The notes under the pieces were generated by a model that worked only from the letters and a program-made list of their open reading frames with translations, was not told where the DNA came from and did no database searches. The translations under genes and the position numbers were made by a program. A DNA stretch of 64,000 bases from Methanoregula sp. GTDB taxonomy: Archaea; Halobacteriota; Methanomicrobia; Methanomicrobiales; Methanospirillaceae. This document shows, one piece after another, positions 41,401 through 51,501 of the stretch (positions are counted from its first letter, which is position 1; each line of letters begins with the position of its first letter). The DNA is taken from positions 5,977-69,976 of the forward strand of contig NZ_JALOCH010000013.1 of NCBI RefSeq assembly GCF_023227875.1. The letters are read 5' to 3'.

Positions 41401-42267
41401 CTGTTCGAGGGTCATGTACATGGTTACGACAGGCGAGAATACCGGGACATCAAAGGACCTGAGCAGGTCGATCCCGTCCGAGGTACCGGTCCGGGACCGG
41501 GCACTGTCCCTCACCGAACCGAAGAGGAAAGGGATGAGCTTGACCAGCGCATCGATACGGGGAACGCCGTCACGGAGGAGGTAATCGGACACCACCTCGT
41601 CCATCCCCCGGGCCCCGAGGGCATCATCCCGGATCGCATAGGTAAAAACCGGGATGACTGCAAGGCCAACTGCCTCAAGACTGCCAATCAGCTGGTCTTC
41701 GAGGGCAACGTTGCCTGCCGCCCACGATGTACGGGAGAAGATCAGGGCAACCCGGTATTTCCCATCTGCACGTTCCCCATACCAGGCAAGATACTCGTCG
41801 ACGCTGGCAAATACCTGCGGTGCAGCAGGATGATACAGACCCTCCCAAGGAACATCCGCTGGGGGTGCTGCCAGGCAGCTGGCACCAAAGAGTTTCCGGT
41901 CGATATACCGGAGAAGGTTCTTAAAATTCTCGTCCCCATTGTTGGTGATGTACCGGTGGCAGGTAGTGACAATCTCTGCTCCCACGGTGGACTGGGTCCA
42001 GAAGGAGGGGTCGGGCCCGAGCGAGATGACGGGAACTGTTTTTCTGATCACTTCGATTTCCCGGTCCACCTCTTCCCAGAACAGGTCCGAGGTGTGATAG
42101 AGGAGGATTACATCAGATTGTTTCATAGAGGCGATTGCCTCTTCCCGTTTTTCCGGTGATTCTTCCAAAACGCGGGTGGGATAGACGGTACACCCGATAC
42201 CGCATCCCTCCGCTGCGCGTTTCATAACGGGGGCATAGGACCCCCACATAATCGAAGTTATTTTCAT
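38461..42267 (-). CDS. cobN: CobN/BchH-family class I chelatase large subunit
   Basis: About 1268 aa; QPKRG, HVGTHGNLEFLPGK, AKRRGYAVLVDH, LPTGRNFY, LLNPKWI..M..HGYKGA. Confidence 0.93.
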   Translation of the reverse strand: MKITSIMWGSYAPVMKRAAEGCGIGCTVYPTRVLEESPEKREEAIASMKQSDVILLYHTSDLFWEEVDREIEVIRKTVPVISLGPDPSFWTQSTVGAEIVTTCHRYITNNGDENFKNLLRYIDRKLFGASCLAAPPADVPWEGLYHPAAPQVFASVDEYLAWYGERADGKYRVALIFSRTSWAAGNVALEDQLIGSLEAVGLAVIPVFTYAIRDDALGARGMDEVVSDYLLRDGVPRIDALVKLIPFLFGSVRDSARSRTGTSDGIDLLRSFDVPVFSPVVTMYMTLEQWRASEGLSMDIGWSIALPEFEGVVEPVFVGTSRSEPDGGKTREAVPDRCAKIAGRIRRWIDLAKKPAGERKVAFILNNNPCAGTEANIGGGSNLDTLESVARILHQMAGAGYAVTPPASGKELVETIQKKKAISEFRWTTVQDIVACGGALALMDLSTYLPYFRSLPERVQQQVNATWGEPPGEGMVLDNRMLITGIRLGNATIHVQPKRGCYGSRCDGTVCKILHDPKCPPPHQYLATYYWLDKVQNADVLIHVGTHGNLEFLPGKGTGLSQECFPDIAAGTLPFLYIYNSDNPAEGTIAKRRGYAVLVDHMQTVMTGSGLYEGLEEIDTILTEYETTKHDPARAHALQHQLIEALVRANLDADMHLNHGMPLNVMSAKAHEVLSKIRNTRIQSGMHIFGTVPSGDQRVEFISSIIRFDSGETSPRRLIARVIGFDLTDLLAGQGRYSEEHGMSYGALLEQVDLELERFVATVLEDPALPVPLIFGRRISDEQVQALNEVRERVIGISRRIDGSREIDALLHGMDGRYVPAGPSGQITRGHEDVLPTGRNFYSLDPHRVPTQAAWRVGQRLADALIEKYSREEGTVPENIAFYWMAGDIMASDGEMFAEMLWLIGARPVWQKNGQVRSFEIIPLHKLGHPRIDITVRTTGILRDNFANCYELLDDAIQAVAALDEPPDRNFVRRHTQKSMVENGAGFRDATLRIFSSKPGSYASGVNLAVLSSAWKTQADLADIFVAYNGYAYGTGVQGKDAHEHLAASLSTVSVTFNKIQSDEQDLLGCCCYFGTQGGFTAAARHYSGNNVKPYYGDTREPGNVEVRDLSDEIRRVVRTKLLNPKWIYGMKDHGYKGASDIMKRVTRVYGWSASTQEVDDWIFNDIADTFVNNEEMRDFFEQNNPHALEEIARRLLEAHTRSLWDADPRVLDELKKNYLEIESWMEDQSGQGDYQGGNVDIVTMDDNPLWGDGLKDILGKVHAKHQR

Positions 42268-42371
42268 GTATGGTCCCATTGTCGGCAGGCTGGATAACTA
42301 CCTCTTCGCATAACACGTATCGTGAATTTTGACACGTCTATTGTTAAAAATATTGTCAATTATGCTATGCA

Positions 42372-42398
42372 GTTCTACAAAAATAAAATAAATAATAC
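42372..42398. promoter_or_regulatory. Candidate NikR-type operator in the divergent cobN / chlD-like promoter
   Basis: GTTCTAC-N13-ATAATAC, 11/14 match to GTAwTAC-N13-GTAwTAC. Confidence 0.35.
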
Positions 42399-42499
42399 TT
42401 AATTATAAGATAACGTTTAATTAGATTATCCTGCATCTCGTAACATCCAGACTACCGGGACAGGTATTTCCGGCAATAATATTCACCAAGGAGTCCAGC

Positions 42500-44449
42500 A
42501 TGCACCACTTCAATGACATCTACCCATTCTCCGCCATCGTAGGCCAGGAACTGATGAAGAAAGCCCTCATCCTGAACGCGATCAATCCCCGTATCGGGGG
42601 GGTACTGATCAAGGGGGAGAAAGGTACTGCGAAGTCAACGGCTGCCCGTGCCCTTGCCCACCTCCTGCCGGACCGGCAGGTAGTGGAGGGATGCCAATTC
42701 GGCTGCGACCCTGCCGACAAAAACGGCCTCTGCCCTGCCTGCCAGAAGAAACACCCGGATCTTGTCACGACAACCGCACGGATGCGTGTCATCGAACTCC
42801 CGATCAGCGCTACCGAAGACAAGGTGGTCGGCAGCCTGGATATCGGGCATGCCCTCAGGAAGGGAGAGAAAAAATTCGAGCCGGGTATCCTTGCACAGGC
42901 GCACCGGAATATCCTGTACGTGGACGAGGTCAACCTGCTCAATGATCATATTGTCGATGTCCTTTTAGATGCCGCTGCAATGGGTATGAACTTCATCGAA
43001 CGGGAAGGCGTCTCCTATGTCCACCCGTCTGCATTCATCCTGATCGGGACGATGAACCCGGAGGAGGGCGACCTCCGGCCCCAGCTCCTTGACCGATTCG
43101 GCCTCTGCGTGGATATCGAGGGGATCCATGACGCGGACACGAGAGTCGAAGTGATCCGGCGGAGGCAGAAGTATGACGATGCACCTGATGAGTTCATCTT
43201 CGGGTGGGCATCCTCTGAACAGGAGATGCGGGAGCGCATTGTCCGGGCACAGATACTCCTGCGGGAAGTGAAAGTTTCCGACGATATGCTGATGATGATC
43301 GCACAGATCTGCATTGACATGGCAGTCGACGGCCACCGTGCCGATATCACGATGATGAAAACAGCCTCGACCATCGCGGCATTCAACAACCGTGCTGAGG
43401 TAAACGAGGAAGACGTCCGCGAGGCCGCCACCCTTGTGCTTTCCCATAGGATGCGCCGCCGGCCATTCTCCGAACAGCCGATGGACAGGCAGAAGATAGA
43501 GCAGTCCATCCGGAATTCACGGGACGAACGGCAGCAGCCAAACCATGAGAACGAGCACAACCGCCACGAGCTGCCAAAAGAGAACACGATGCCGGATGGT
43601 TCCACGACAACGCAGTGTGCCGAAGGTTCGCCGTTCAGGCTTGACCAGAAACCGATCTCACCCCCGCGTCGCCCCGATGCATTCCGTCGCGAGGGCAGCG
43701 GGCGGAGGAGCGTGACGGAATCCCACGACGGCAGGTACGTCCGCAACCGGATCCCGGAAACAATCACTCCCGATATTGCGCTTGATGCCACAATCCGGGC
43801 CGCCGCTCCCCACCAGCATGGGCGGGTTGGAGATCTTGCCGTAAAGGTTGAACCCGCAGATATCCGCGAGAAGGTGAGGGAGCGGAAGACCGGCAATACC
43901 GTCCTGTTCGTAGTAGACGCAAGCGGGAGCATGGGAACCCAGCAGCGGATGACGGCAGTCAAAGGGGCGATCCTCACGCTCCTCATCGATGCGTACCAGA
44001 AACGCGACCGGGTGGGCCTTGTGGTATTCCGCGGGAAAAGTGCTGAAGTCCTCCTTCCCCCGACATCGAGCGTGGAACTGGCGCGCAAGTACATGCAGTC
44101 CCTGCCGGTGGGCGGGAAGACCCCCCTTGCCCACGGGCTCTCAAAGGGTTTCGAGGTCATCAGACGGGAGCTGATGATCAACCACCACACAATCCCGAGA
44201 ATGGTCCTGGTCTCCGACGGGAAAGGAAACGTGGGCATGGGTTCCGGCTCTCCCCTTGACGATGCAAAGGAGGTTGCCACCCGTATCCGCGATGCAGGGA
44301 TCTCCTCACTCGTCATCGATTCAGAAAAGGGATTTATCTCCTTTGGGCTTGCGCAGACACTTTCGGATGAACTGGGCGCAACCTACTGCAAGCTCGAGGA
44401 CCTCCGGGCCGAACAGCTCGCGGGCGTGGTGAAAGGTATCGGGATGTGA
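42500..44449 (+). CDS. ChlI/ChlD-type chelatase ATPase subunit (AAA+ plus VWA)
   Basis: [42 protein letters not shown]; MIDAS motif VVDASGSM. Confidence 0.93.
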   Translation: MHHFNDIYPFSAIVGQELMKKALILNAINPRIGGVLIKGEKGTAKSTAARALAHLLPDRQVVEGCQFGCDPADKNGLCPACQKKHPDLVTTTARMRVIELPISATEDKVVGSLDIGHALRKGEKKFEPGILAQAHRNILYVDEVNLLNDHIVDVLLDAAAMGMNFIEREGVSYVHPSAFILIGTMNPEEGDLRPQLLDRFGLCVDIEGIHDADTRVEVIRRRQKYDDAPDEFIFGWASSEQEMRERIVRAQILLREVKVSDDMLMMIAQICIDMAVDGHRADITMMKTASTIAAFNNRAEVNEEDVREAATLVLSHRMRRRPFSEQPMDRQKIEQSIRNSRDERQQPNHENEHNRHELPKENTMPDGSTTTQCAEGSPFRLDQKPISPPRRPDAFRREGSGRRSVTESHDGRYVRNRIPETITPDIALDATIRAAAPHQHGRVGDLAVKVEPADIREKVRERKTGNTVLFVVDASGSMGTQQRMTAVKGAILTLLIDAYQKRDRVGLVVFRGKSAEVLLPPTSSVELARKYMQSLPVGGKTPLAHGLSKGFEVIRRELMINHHTIPRMVLVSDGKGNVGMGSGSPLDDAKEVATRIRDAGISSLVIDSEKGFISFGLAQTLSDELGATYCKLEDLRAEQLAGVVKGIGM

Positions 44450-44510
44450 ATGCGGTTTCACCAGCGGTCCTGCAGGTTCCATTATTACATACAACAAATC
44501 CGGAAAACAT

Positions 44511-45683
44511 ATGCCTGACAGCGCATCACCCGTATCGGCATCGGACGTATCGGTTCACACGCTCTACAAAGATGGCAGCGCCCGGCGGATCGCCCTGATC
44601 ACCGGCCTCTCGCTCCTCGTCATTGCAACCGCGGTCCTGTCAGCCGGTATCGGCACGGTCTCCATCACCCCACAGGACACCATCCTTGCCATCGGGCATT
44701 CCTCTGCGGTTACCCTGCAGGACTTCCTGCACGCGTACCTCCCTCCCATTGCCGCGTGGTACGATGCCATCCCGTTCACCATCCCCACCCCCACAAACCC
44801 GCAGGCCGAACTGATCGTTGTCGGGTTCCGGCTGCCCCGGATCTTCCTTGCAATCCTCACCGGCATCAGTCTTGCGGTTGCCGGGACGGTCATGCAGGGG
44901 CTGCTGCGCAATCCGCTGGTCAGCCCGTTCACGCTCGGGCTCTCGTCCGCCGCATCCTTTGGGGCTGCACTGGCGATCGTGCTCGGGCCCGGCATCCTCG
45001 TCTCGTACTTCCTGCTGAGCTACGACATGTGGATCGTGGTTTTTTCATTCCTCTTCGGCTGGCTTTCGATGATCCTGGTCTACTGGATCTCACGGTCGCG
45101 GGGCACAACGCAGTCGACCCTGATCCTTGCCGGGGTCGTGATTGGCTATCTCTTCACGGCCGGCGTGATGGCGCTCAAGTACACCACCAACAACGAGAAA
45201 CTCCGCGAACTGATGGTCTGGCTGATGGGAGGGATGTGGGGGGCGAGCTGGAACGCCGTCCTCCTTCTCATCCCGCTGGTCATTATCTGTTTCTTTCTTC
45301 TCGAACGGAAGGCATGGGACCTAAATGCCCTCTCTGCGGGAGATGACGTGGCAAAGAACCTCGGGATCAATGTCGAGCGCCTGCGTCTCTCCGGCCTGAT
45401 GGTCTCGACCTTTGCCGCGTCCTGCTGCCTTGCGTTTACCGGCATTATCGGCTTTGTCGGCCTCATGGGCCCGCACATCTGCCGGATGATTATTGGCAGC
45501 GATCACCGCTATCTTATCCCGTGTGCCGGCCTGATGGGTGCGGCAATCCTGCTGCTCTCGGATACGGTTGCCCGTACCATCATGAGCCCGGTGGAGATCC
45601 CAGTAGGCATCATCATGTACGCTATCGGAGGTATCTTCTTTCTCTTCATGATCATGCGGGGGAAAGGAAGGGGACTGTATTAG
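44511..45683 (+). CDS. FecCD/BtuC-family ABC permease
   Basis: FRLPRIFLA, QGLLRNPLVSPFTLGLSSAASFGA, GIIGFVGLMGPH, EIPVGII. Confidence 0.93.
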   Translation: MPDSASPVSASDVSVHTLYKDGSARRIALITGLSLLVIATAVLSAGIGTVSITPQDTILAIGHSSAVTLQDFLHAYLPPIAAWYDAIPFTIPTPTNPQAELIVVGFRLPRIFLAILTGISLAVAGTVMQGLLRNPLVSPFTLGLSSAASFGAALAIVLGPGILVSYFLLSYDMWIVVFSFLFGWLSMILVYWISRSRGTTQSTLILAGVVIGYLFTAGVMALKYTTNNEKLRELMVWLMGGMWGASWNAVLLLIPLVIICFFLLERKAWDLNALSAGDDVAKNLGINVERLRLSGLMVSTFAASCCLAFTGIIGFVGLMGPHICRMIIGSDHRYLIPCAGLMGAAILLLSDTVARTIMSPVEIPVGIIMYAIGGIFFLFMIMRGKGRGLY

Positions 45684-45696
45684 GAGGTATGACCGG

Positions 45697-46473
45697 ATGG
45701 AGATCTCGATTGAGAATGTCTGTAAGGATTATGGGGAGAGACGGGTACTGGATACTATCTCGTTCTCTTTTGGAAAATCCGAGATTGTCGCCCTTGTCGG
45801 CCCCAACGGTTCCGGCAAGTCCACGCTCATCAAAACCCTTGCAGGGGTCCACAAACAGACCTCGGGGAGCATCAGCATCGACGGGACGGACATCCGGAAG
45901 ATCGATCCCATCGAGCTTGCCAGGTGTGTCGGGTACGTCCCCCAGCATTTCACCTACACCCTCTACTCCACGGTCTTCGAGACGGTCCTCCTTGGCAGGA
46001 GACAGCACATAAGGTGGTCGGTTTCGGATGAGGAACTCTCCCGGGTGCAGCACTCGCTCGATGTGCTGGAGATGGGGCAGATGGCCGGCAGTTACATGGA
46101 TCAGCTCTCCGGAGGGGAGCGGCAGAAAGTGTTTATTGCACGGGCCCTGGCTCAGGACCCGAAACTCTTCCTCTTCGACGAGCCGACCAGCGCACTCGAT
46201 ATCCGGTACCAGATCGAGGTGATGGAGACCATGCGGGAGATCACGTGGGAACGCGGGGCCGGCATGATCATTGCCGTCCACGACCTCAACCTTGCCTACC
46301 GCTATGCCGACACGGTTGTCGTGCTTCACGGGGGAAAGATGGCAGGCTACGGGAAACCCCAGGAGGTCCTTACACCGACATGCATCAACAAGGTTTACGG
46401 AGTCGAGTCGTTCATCGTGGAGAACGAGTTCGGGAAATTCATCGTGCCGTTCCGGGCAAAGGCCGTAATCTAA
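45697..46473 (+). CDS. FecE/BtuD-family ABC ATP-binding protein
   Basis: GPNGSGKST, LSGGERQKVFIARALAQ, DEPTSALD, VHDLNLA. Confidence 0.94.
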   Translation: MEISIENVCKDYGERRVLDTISFSFGKSEIVALVGPNGSGKSTLIKTLAGVHKQTSGSISIDGTDIRKIDPIELARCVGYVPQHFTYTLYSTVFETVLLGRRQHIRWSVSDEELSRVQHSLDVLEMGQMAGSYMDQLSGGERQKVFIARALAQDPKLFLFDEPTSALDIRYQIEVMETMREITWERGAGMIIAVHDLNLAYRYADTVVVLHGGKMAGYGKPQEVLTPTCINKVYGVESFIVENEFGKFIVPFRAKAVI

Positions 46474-46547
46474 CCACGGGATACTATCAAAAACATGTGC
46501 CGGAATGATGATCAGATATCCCTCCTGTCAGCCTTTACTTTTTTTCA

Positions 46548-47034
46548 GAGAGAGAATGAACCCATTGATATGGTCTTGCTCATCTCCTTGTCCACAACGA
46601 GCCAAGTGATCCTGGTATTATTTCTCAGGATGACACTGCCGAATTTCATGCCGTTAGGATCGTATAAACCTTCGATAAAAAAAAGTATCGCCGGCCTGGA
46701 TCGTGGCATCGGCGTTATCGGCGCTGCTCCCCACTTCCGTGAAGTTTCTTACCAGACTGCTGCTATAGGAGACGTCATTGATGGATAGCGAGGTTTTGTC
46801 ATCATGCTCCCGTAAAATCACGTTTAAGGAACTGAGCATGAACCCGGAACGTGCTCTCAATGCGTCCAGCGTAAATCTCAGTATCACTGCACCATCAGGA
46901 CGGTTCAAGAACGCTGTATGGAATTCCCTGAATGCAACGGTTAATAAAACCCTCACCCGCTGCAATAAAAATGTAAAAAGGCCCGGTGACATAGAACCCG
47001 ACAAGCGGGAGATCCAGCTGACTTTCAATCCCAA
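46548..47034 (-). pseudogene. Possible frameshifted gene (pilin/archaellin-like remnant)
   Basis: The 126-aa ORF crosses an A8 run at 46677-46684; removing one base joins ..ATIQAGDTFF to IEGLYDPNGMKFGSVILRNNTRITWLVVDKEMSKTISMGSFSL*. Confidence 0.3.
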
Positions 47035-47309
47035 CCTGACCCTGATCCGTGAAACGACAGAGATTACGATTGGTGCGTACTAACAATCGTAACCTGCGAC
47101 TCACGCGGGGCATGCGGGAGACCATCACTTCGGATGATCATGAGAGAATAATGTCGTACTCTTCATAGCACTCCCGATACTGCCAGAAGGTTCCATAGGA
47201 CAGACCTGCCGCTCTCAAATAATAAATTCTTACCAAGTACAATTTTTACTCTCAAAGTTTCAAAACATTAAAACATCTTAAAAATGATATTCTCCTGACA
47301 GAGGTTACC

Positions 47310-47732
47310 ATGACCATGGACGACGATCTCTCCCGTATTGGCATCTCATTGCCGAAAAACCTGCTCGACAAGTTTGATGAAATCCTGAACTATCGTGGCT
47401 ATTCCTCCCGTTCTGAAGGTATACGAGATGCGATCCGCACGTACATCTCGTATTACAAATGGATGTCGGATGTCAAAGGGGAGCGGGAGGGGGTCATCAC
47501 GATGGTGTACGACCATGAGCAGCGGAATCTTCTTTCTGATATTATGGATATCGAGCACAATTATCATGAAGTCATCAAGGCATCGCTCCACTCCCATATC
47601 ACCCATGAGCGGTGCCTGGAAGTTATCCTCGTTCACGGGGACGGCTCACAACTTAAGACCCTTGCCGAGAAACTGATGGCCCACAAGGGTATCGAGTCCG
47701 TGAAACTCACGACCATCGCTATTGAGGATTAG
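47310..47732 (+). CDS. nikR: Nickel-responsive regulator NikR (copy 2)
   Basis: Same motifs as copy 1; 13 of 140 residues differ. Confidence 0.95.
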   Translation: MTMDDDLSRIGISLPKNLLDKFDEILNYRGYSSRSEGIRDAIRTYISYYKWMSDVKGEREGVITMVYDHEQRNLLSDIMDIEHNYHEVIKASLHSHITHERCLEVILVHGDGSQLKTLAEKLMAHKGIESVKLTTIAIED

Positions 47733-47952
47733 GTATTATATACCAATATCAGTAAAATCGGGTTTATTACACGAATCCAATACCCATTTCTCAGAAGATT
47801 TTTACGATCCCGGATTATCATGCAACAGGCCGGGTTGTCCAATCGTTCCCTGTCGACGACTGAATTGGGGAAACAGTTCTTCCACACTCATCGGTTCCCA
47901 CGTTGGGGATTCATAAAAAAATGGTCCGGAAGACCCGCCCCATCCGGCTTAC

Positions 47953-50900
47953 TTACTTTTTCTTCAGCGTGAGGTTGACCTCATTGACCATATTGGGCTG
48001 GACCATGAATCCTTCATAGGTTGCCTTGGTCTGGTTCTGGACCACCTTGATCGTATATTCCCCAGCAGTCATGTACTGGAATACGTACGGTGTTTTCTTC
48101 CCGGTATCCTTGCCATTGATGTAGATCTTGCCTCCCGAAGGCGTGCTTGCGATGGAAAGCATGCCGTTCAGGTAGGGGTCGAGGACAAAGCGGCGAACCA
48201 GGTCCACACCGGTAATATGGACGGTGCTTTCAAGGGGATAATATCCCGGCTTCGAGACCCTGATGAGATGGTCCATATCCGACAGGTTCCTGACGAGATA
48301 AGGGGTGGTAAGACCCGTGGAAAACCCGTCCACATAGATGTCTGCCCCGGGGGGATCGGATTCCACCCACACGTTGTTGAGAGTATATCTTCGGGGTTCT
48401 ATCACGTTTTCGCTGGAATTGTCCGCGAAGATCGTGTAGGTGATATAGGAATCGTTTGCATGGAGCGTGACATAATTCTGCGATGATTGTACCGGGATGC
48501 TCTCTGCCATATGGTACTGGTGCGAATTCCCGTTTATCGTGAATACGGAACTGTTGAATGCTGTTGAATTGATCACAGGTCGTGCAAGGACAGGGTTCTC
48601 ATACGAAGTGATAGAGACCGGGGTGATGATCCCGTTAGCAACCCAGACTTCCTTCTTCTCGATGGGGAACTTGATCTTCTCCTGGTTTGCGGACGCCGTG
48701 GTACTGAGTTTTACCTGTACGGTATGTTTGCCTTCCTTGAGGCCGTAAATAATTCCCGGGGTGGTAAAGCCGGTCTTCTTCCCGTCAACATAAATGATGG
48801 CCTGGTCGGGGCTAGACGTTACATATACACCCCCGTATTTTTCCTGATCCAGGAATTCTTTTTCGGTGTCTGCAACCTTTTCCAACGATAACACGGAAGT
48901 TCCCCGTGTTGCCAGATCAAATGTTATCGTCTGGTTTGTGGTAAGAAAAATCCGTTCCTCTACGGGGTCAAAACCCGGCATATCAACGGACAGGGTATGG
49001 TTCCCGGCCGTAAGACCCGTGACGGTATCCGGTGTTGCCTTGCCGCGGTACTGGTAATCCACCGAGACGAGCGCCCCGGGGGGGTTGGAGAGGACGCGGA
49101 CCGCGTACGTCTTGCCGGACTGGTTGAGGACTTCCTCAATCGGACCGGTTGCCAGCAGGGCCGTGTTTGTCTGGTTCACGGTACTGGTGGGATCGGAAGT
49201 ATCCTCCTCAACATCGGCTTCACCCCCTCTGACCGTGGAACTGCTATTGACGGCAAATCCCCCTTCAATGGCTTTTTTCACCACGAGAATGAGGTTCCGG
49301 TTTTCCATGTAATCGCCTTTGGTCTCCCGGCCAATGCTCCCGATACCTGCGCTGTTACCGGAACGCAGGACATCCGTGCTCACGTTCAGCCGCGCAATGC
49401 TGATGCCGGAGGATCCGCCACTCAGCGGGTTCTGCCACTCACGGCCATTGAACATGACCCGGTTGTCATTCCCGGATGCAGCAGTGCTGATGGCGTACAG
49501 TTCTCCCTGAGATATCGAGGTCATATTGAGCGCGCCGGGGAAGGTGATACGTGTAACGGCATTTTCCGTATCAACGTTGAACTCGGGGTTTGCATAGACA
49601 GCGTCGGAACCTTCCCCGATCCAGTACTCGATATCCTGGCCATCCGGGTCCTCGGACACGACAAGGAGCGTGACACCGTACACAGCAAACTTGTCCGGCG
49701 TTTCCCCGGTATTGGTAATGGTAAACGACAGGTCTGGGTTCCCGGTCACGATCCCGTCAGGAAGGTAACAATGCGTCTCGACCGGGTAATCGTAGGTCCC
49801 GCTCCCTTTCCGGTCGGAATACGTCTGGTCCTTTGTCAGCTGTTCGCCATTCATGTCCACCGTGAGGGATGCAGGGGTCCCGGCGAGGGTATCGGCATTG
49901 TAACTCCATGTCGTATAGACATACAGCCGGGCTTCCTTTACCGATGCATTCGGGGTCAGGTTGAGCGTGAGCGGGTAGGTGGCGCTCATACCCTTGCCAA
50001 GCAGCCCGGAATATCCCCCGGAGTCCCTGAGGTCAAGGCTGCCGTGCGCGGATCCGTGCGTATGCATTGAGAGGGATTTCCCGGAATACCCCACCGCTTC
50101 CGTTGAATTGTCGTTCAGGACTGATGTGTTGCCCCCGGCTGCCTCAAGGATGAGATCGACGGACTCTGTCTGGTCCTCCTCAAGGCTGACGGTTGCAGTT
50201 GCGTTACTGAAACCGGGTTTTACGAGGTCGATTGTGTGATCGCCGATAATTACTCCCTCCAGGAGGGAGTCTGACTGGGCCGACATGTTTTTCCCGTCAA
50301 GGTATATCCACGCACCGTCGGGATCGGATGTGATGTCAATGGACCCGTTGATCTGGGGGATGGTGATGTTCACTATCGTGGTCTCCTTGTTCCTGACGTT
50401 GACGGTTACCGGATCAGGTTCACGGTATTTATCATTGTCCACGAGGATTACCTGCACGGTATGCTCCCCGATACTGATGCCGGGGAAGGTCTGGTTGGTT
50501 GTCTTGCCGGTCTCTTCGTCATCAAGCAGGATCTGTGCCCCCGCGGGGTTGGAGGTTATCTCCAGCGTACCTTCCGGCCGTTCCCTGAATGCAACGGTGA
50601 GGAGTGCGAGGGGCAGTTTGAAATATCCGCCTGCCCGTTCGTACTTCAGCGTGCTGTCATCTTCCAGATCGATCGAATCGGTGACCTCCCAGTCCACTGT
50701 GCCAAAATACTCTCCCTGAGGAGCACCGTTCCCGATAAGTTCGTCGCCATTGAAGGTGTAGGTCCCGTCCACGCTTGCCATGTACAGCGAGGAGAGGGTG
50801 GCCGTAAATTCCCGGTCTTCGCTTGCAACGATCTGGGACGTACCGAATTCGGTTTCCCCGGTATAGCCGTTATCGTTCAATGCGCTCATGGGGTCGTGGC

Positions 50901-51501
50901 CTTCGTTGACCCAGTAATAGATTTTGTCCCCATCGTCATCATTGTAGGCAACGACCAGCGCGATAAACTTGATCCTGTCGTCGAACGAGGGGTCGACTTT
51001 CTCGGTCTTGACACTGACACCTACCGTATTGCCGGATAACTGGTTCTTGATATCGTACGCGAAGACATAATCGCTGGTCACCCGGTTGCCATGCGCCAGG
51101 TATACCGGGCCGGTCCCGCCGTTCCCGGGGTAAGAGTACGGGACATTCAGTTCTTCGTTGGCAAGGAGAAAATCCCCTGTCCCGTCCCCGTTGGTGTCGA
51201 GGCTTATGGTCGCCTTCCCCTCGTAGTTGTTCTGCATGTGGCCGCAATATACCCCAACATACAGCCGTGCCCATTCGATCGTCGTATGCGGGGGCAGGGA
51301 GAAGGACTTGTATGCTGAGCTGTGGGGGAATCCCGGGTAGGAATCGTACCAGAGACCTCCCGAGACAACACCGGAACTTACGGTCCGGAGCGGGATGCCG
51401 CCCATGTATTCGTTTGCGCTGGCGATCGGGAAGAGTACAAGACTCGTAGCAAGTACGAGTGCTGCGGCAATGCAGATGCTGCGGCCAACGGGTTTTTTCA
51501 T
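47953..51501 (-). CDS. Large secreted surface protein: two DUF3344 domains plus six PEGA repeats
   Basis: Signal peptide MKKPVG..PIASA then NEYMGGIPL..GVVSGGLWY (DUF3344); six ITS.P.GA.I..DG..TG..TP repeats. Confidence 0.82.
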   Translation of the reverse strand: MKKPVGRSICIAAALVLATSLVLFPIASANEYMGGIPLRTVSSGVVSGGLWYDSYPGFPHSSAYKSFSLPPHTTIEWARLYVGVYCGHMQNNYEGKATISLDTNGDGTGDFLLANEELNVPYSYPGNGGTGPVYLAHGNRVTSDYVFAYDIKNQLSGNTVGVSVKTEKVDPSFDDRIKFIALVVAYNDDDGDKIYYWVNEGHDPMSALNDNGYTGETEFGTSQIVASEDREFTATLSSLYMASVDGTYTFNGDELIGNGAPQGEYFGTVDWEVTDSIDLEDDSTLKYERAGGYFKLPLALLTVAFRERPEGTLEITSNPAGAQILLDDEETGKTTNQTFPGISIGEHTVQVILVDNDKYREPDPVTVNVRNKETTIVNITIPQINGSIDITSDPDGAWIYLDGKNMSAQSDSLLEGVIIGDHTIDLVKPGFSNATATVSLEEDQTESVDLILEAAGGNTSVLNDNSTEAVGYSGKSLSMHTHGSAHGSLDLRDSGGYSGLLGKGMSATYPLTLNLTPNASVKEARLYVYTTWSYNADTLAGTPASLTVDMNGEQLTKDQTYSDRKGSGTYDYPVETHCYLPDGIVTGNPDLSFTITNTGETPDKFAVYGVTLLVVSEDPDGQDIEYWIGEGSDAVYANPEFNVDTENAVTRITFPGALNMTSISQGELYAISTAASGNDNRVMFNGREWQNPLSGGSSGISIARLNVSTDVLRSGNSAGIGSIGRETKGDYMENRNLILVVKKAIEGGFAVNSSSTVRGGEADVEEDTSDPTSTVNQTNTALLATGPIEEVLNQSGKTYAVRVLSNPPGALVSVDYQYRGKATPDTVTGLTAGNHTLSVDMPGFDPVEERIFLTTNQTITFDLATRGTSVLSLEKVADTEKEFLDQEKYGGVYVTSSPDQAIIYVDGKKTGFTTPGIIYGLKEGKHTVQVKLSTTASANQEKIKFPIEKKEVWVANGIITPVSITSYENPVLARPVINSTAFNSSVFTINGNSHQYHMAESIPVQSSQNYVTLHANDSYITYTIFADNSSENVIEPRRYTLNNVWVESDPPGADIYVDGFSTGLTTPYLVRNLSDMDHLIRVSKPGYYPLESTVHITGVDLVRRFVLDPYLNGMLSIASTPSGGKIYINGKDTGKKTPYVFQYMTAGEYTIKVVQNQTKATYEGFMVQPNMVNEVNLTLKKK

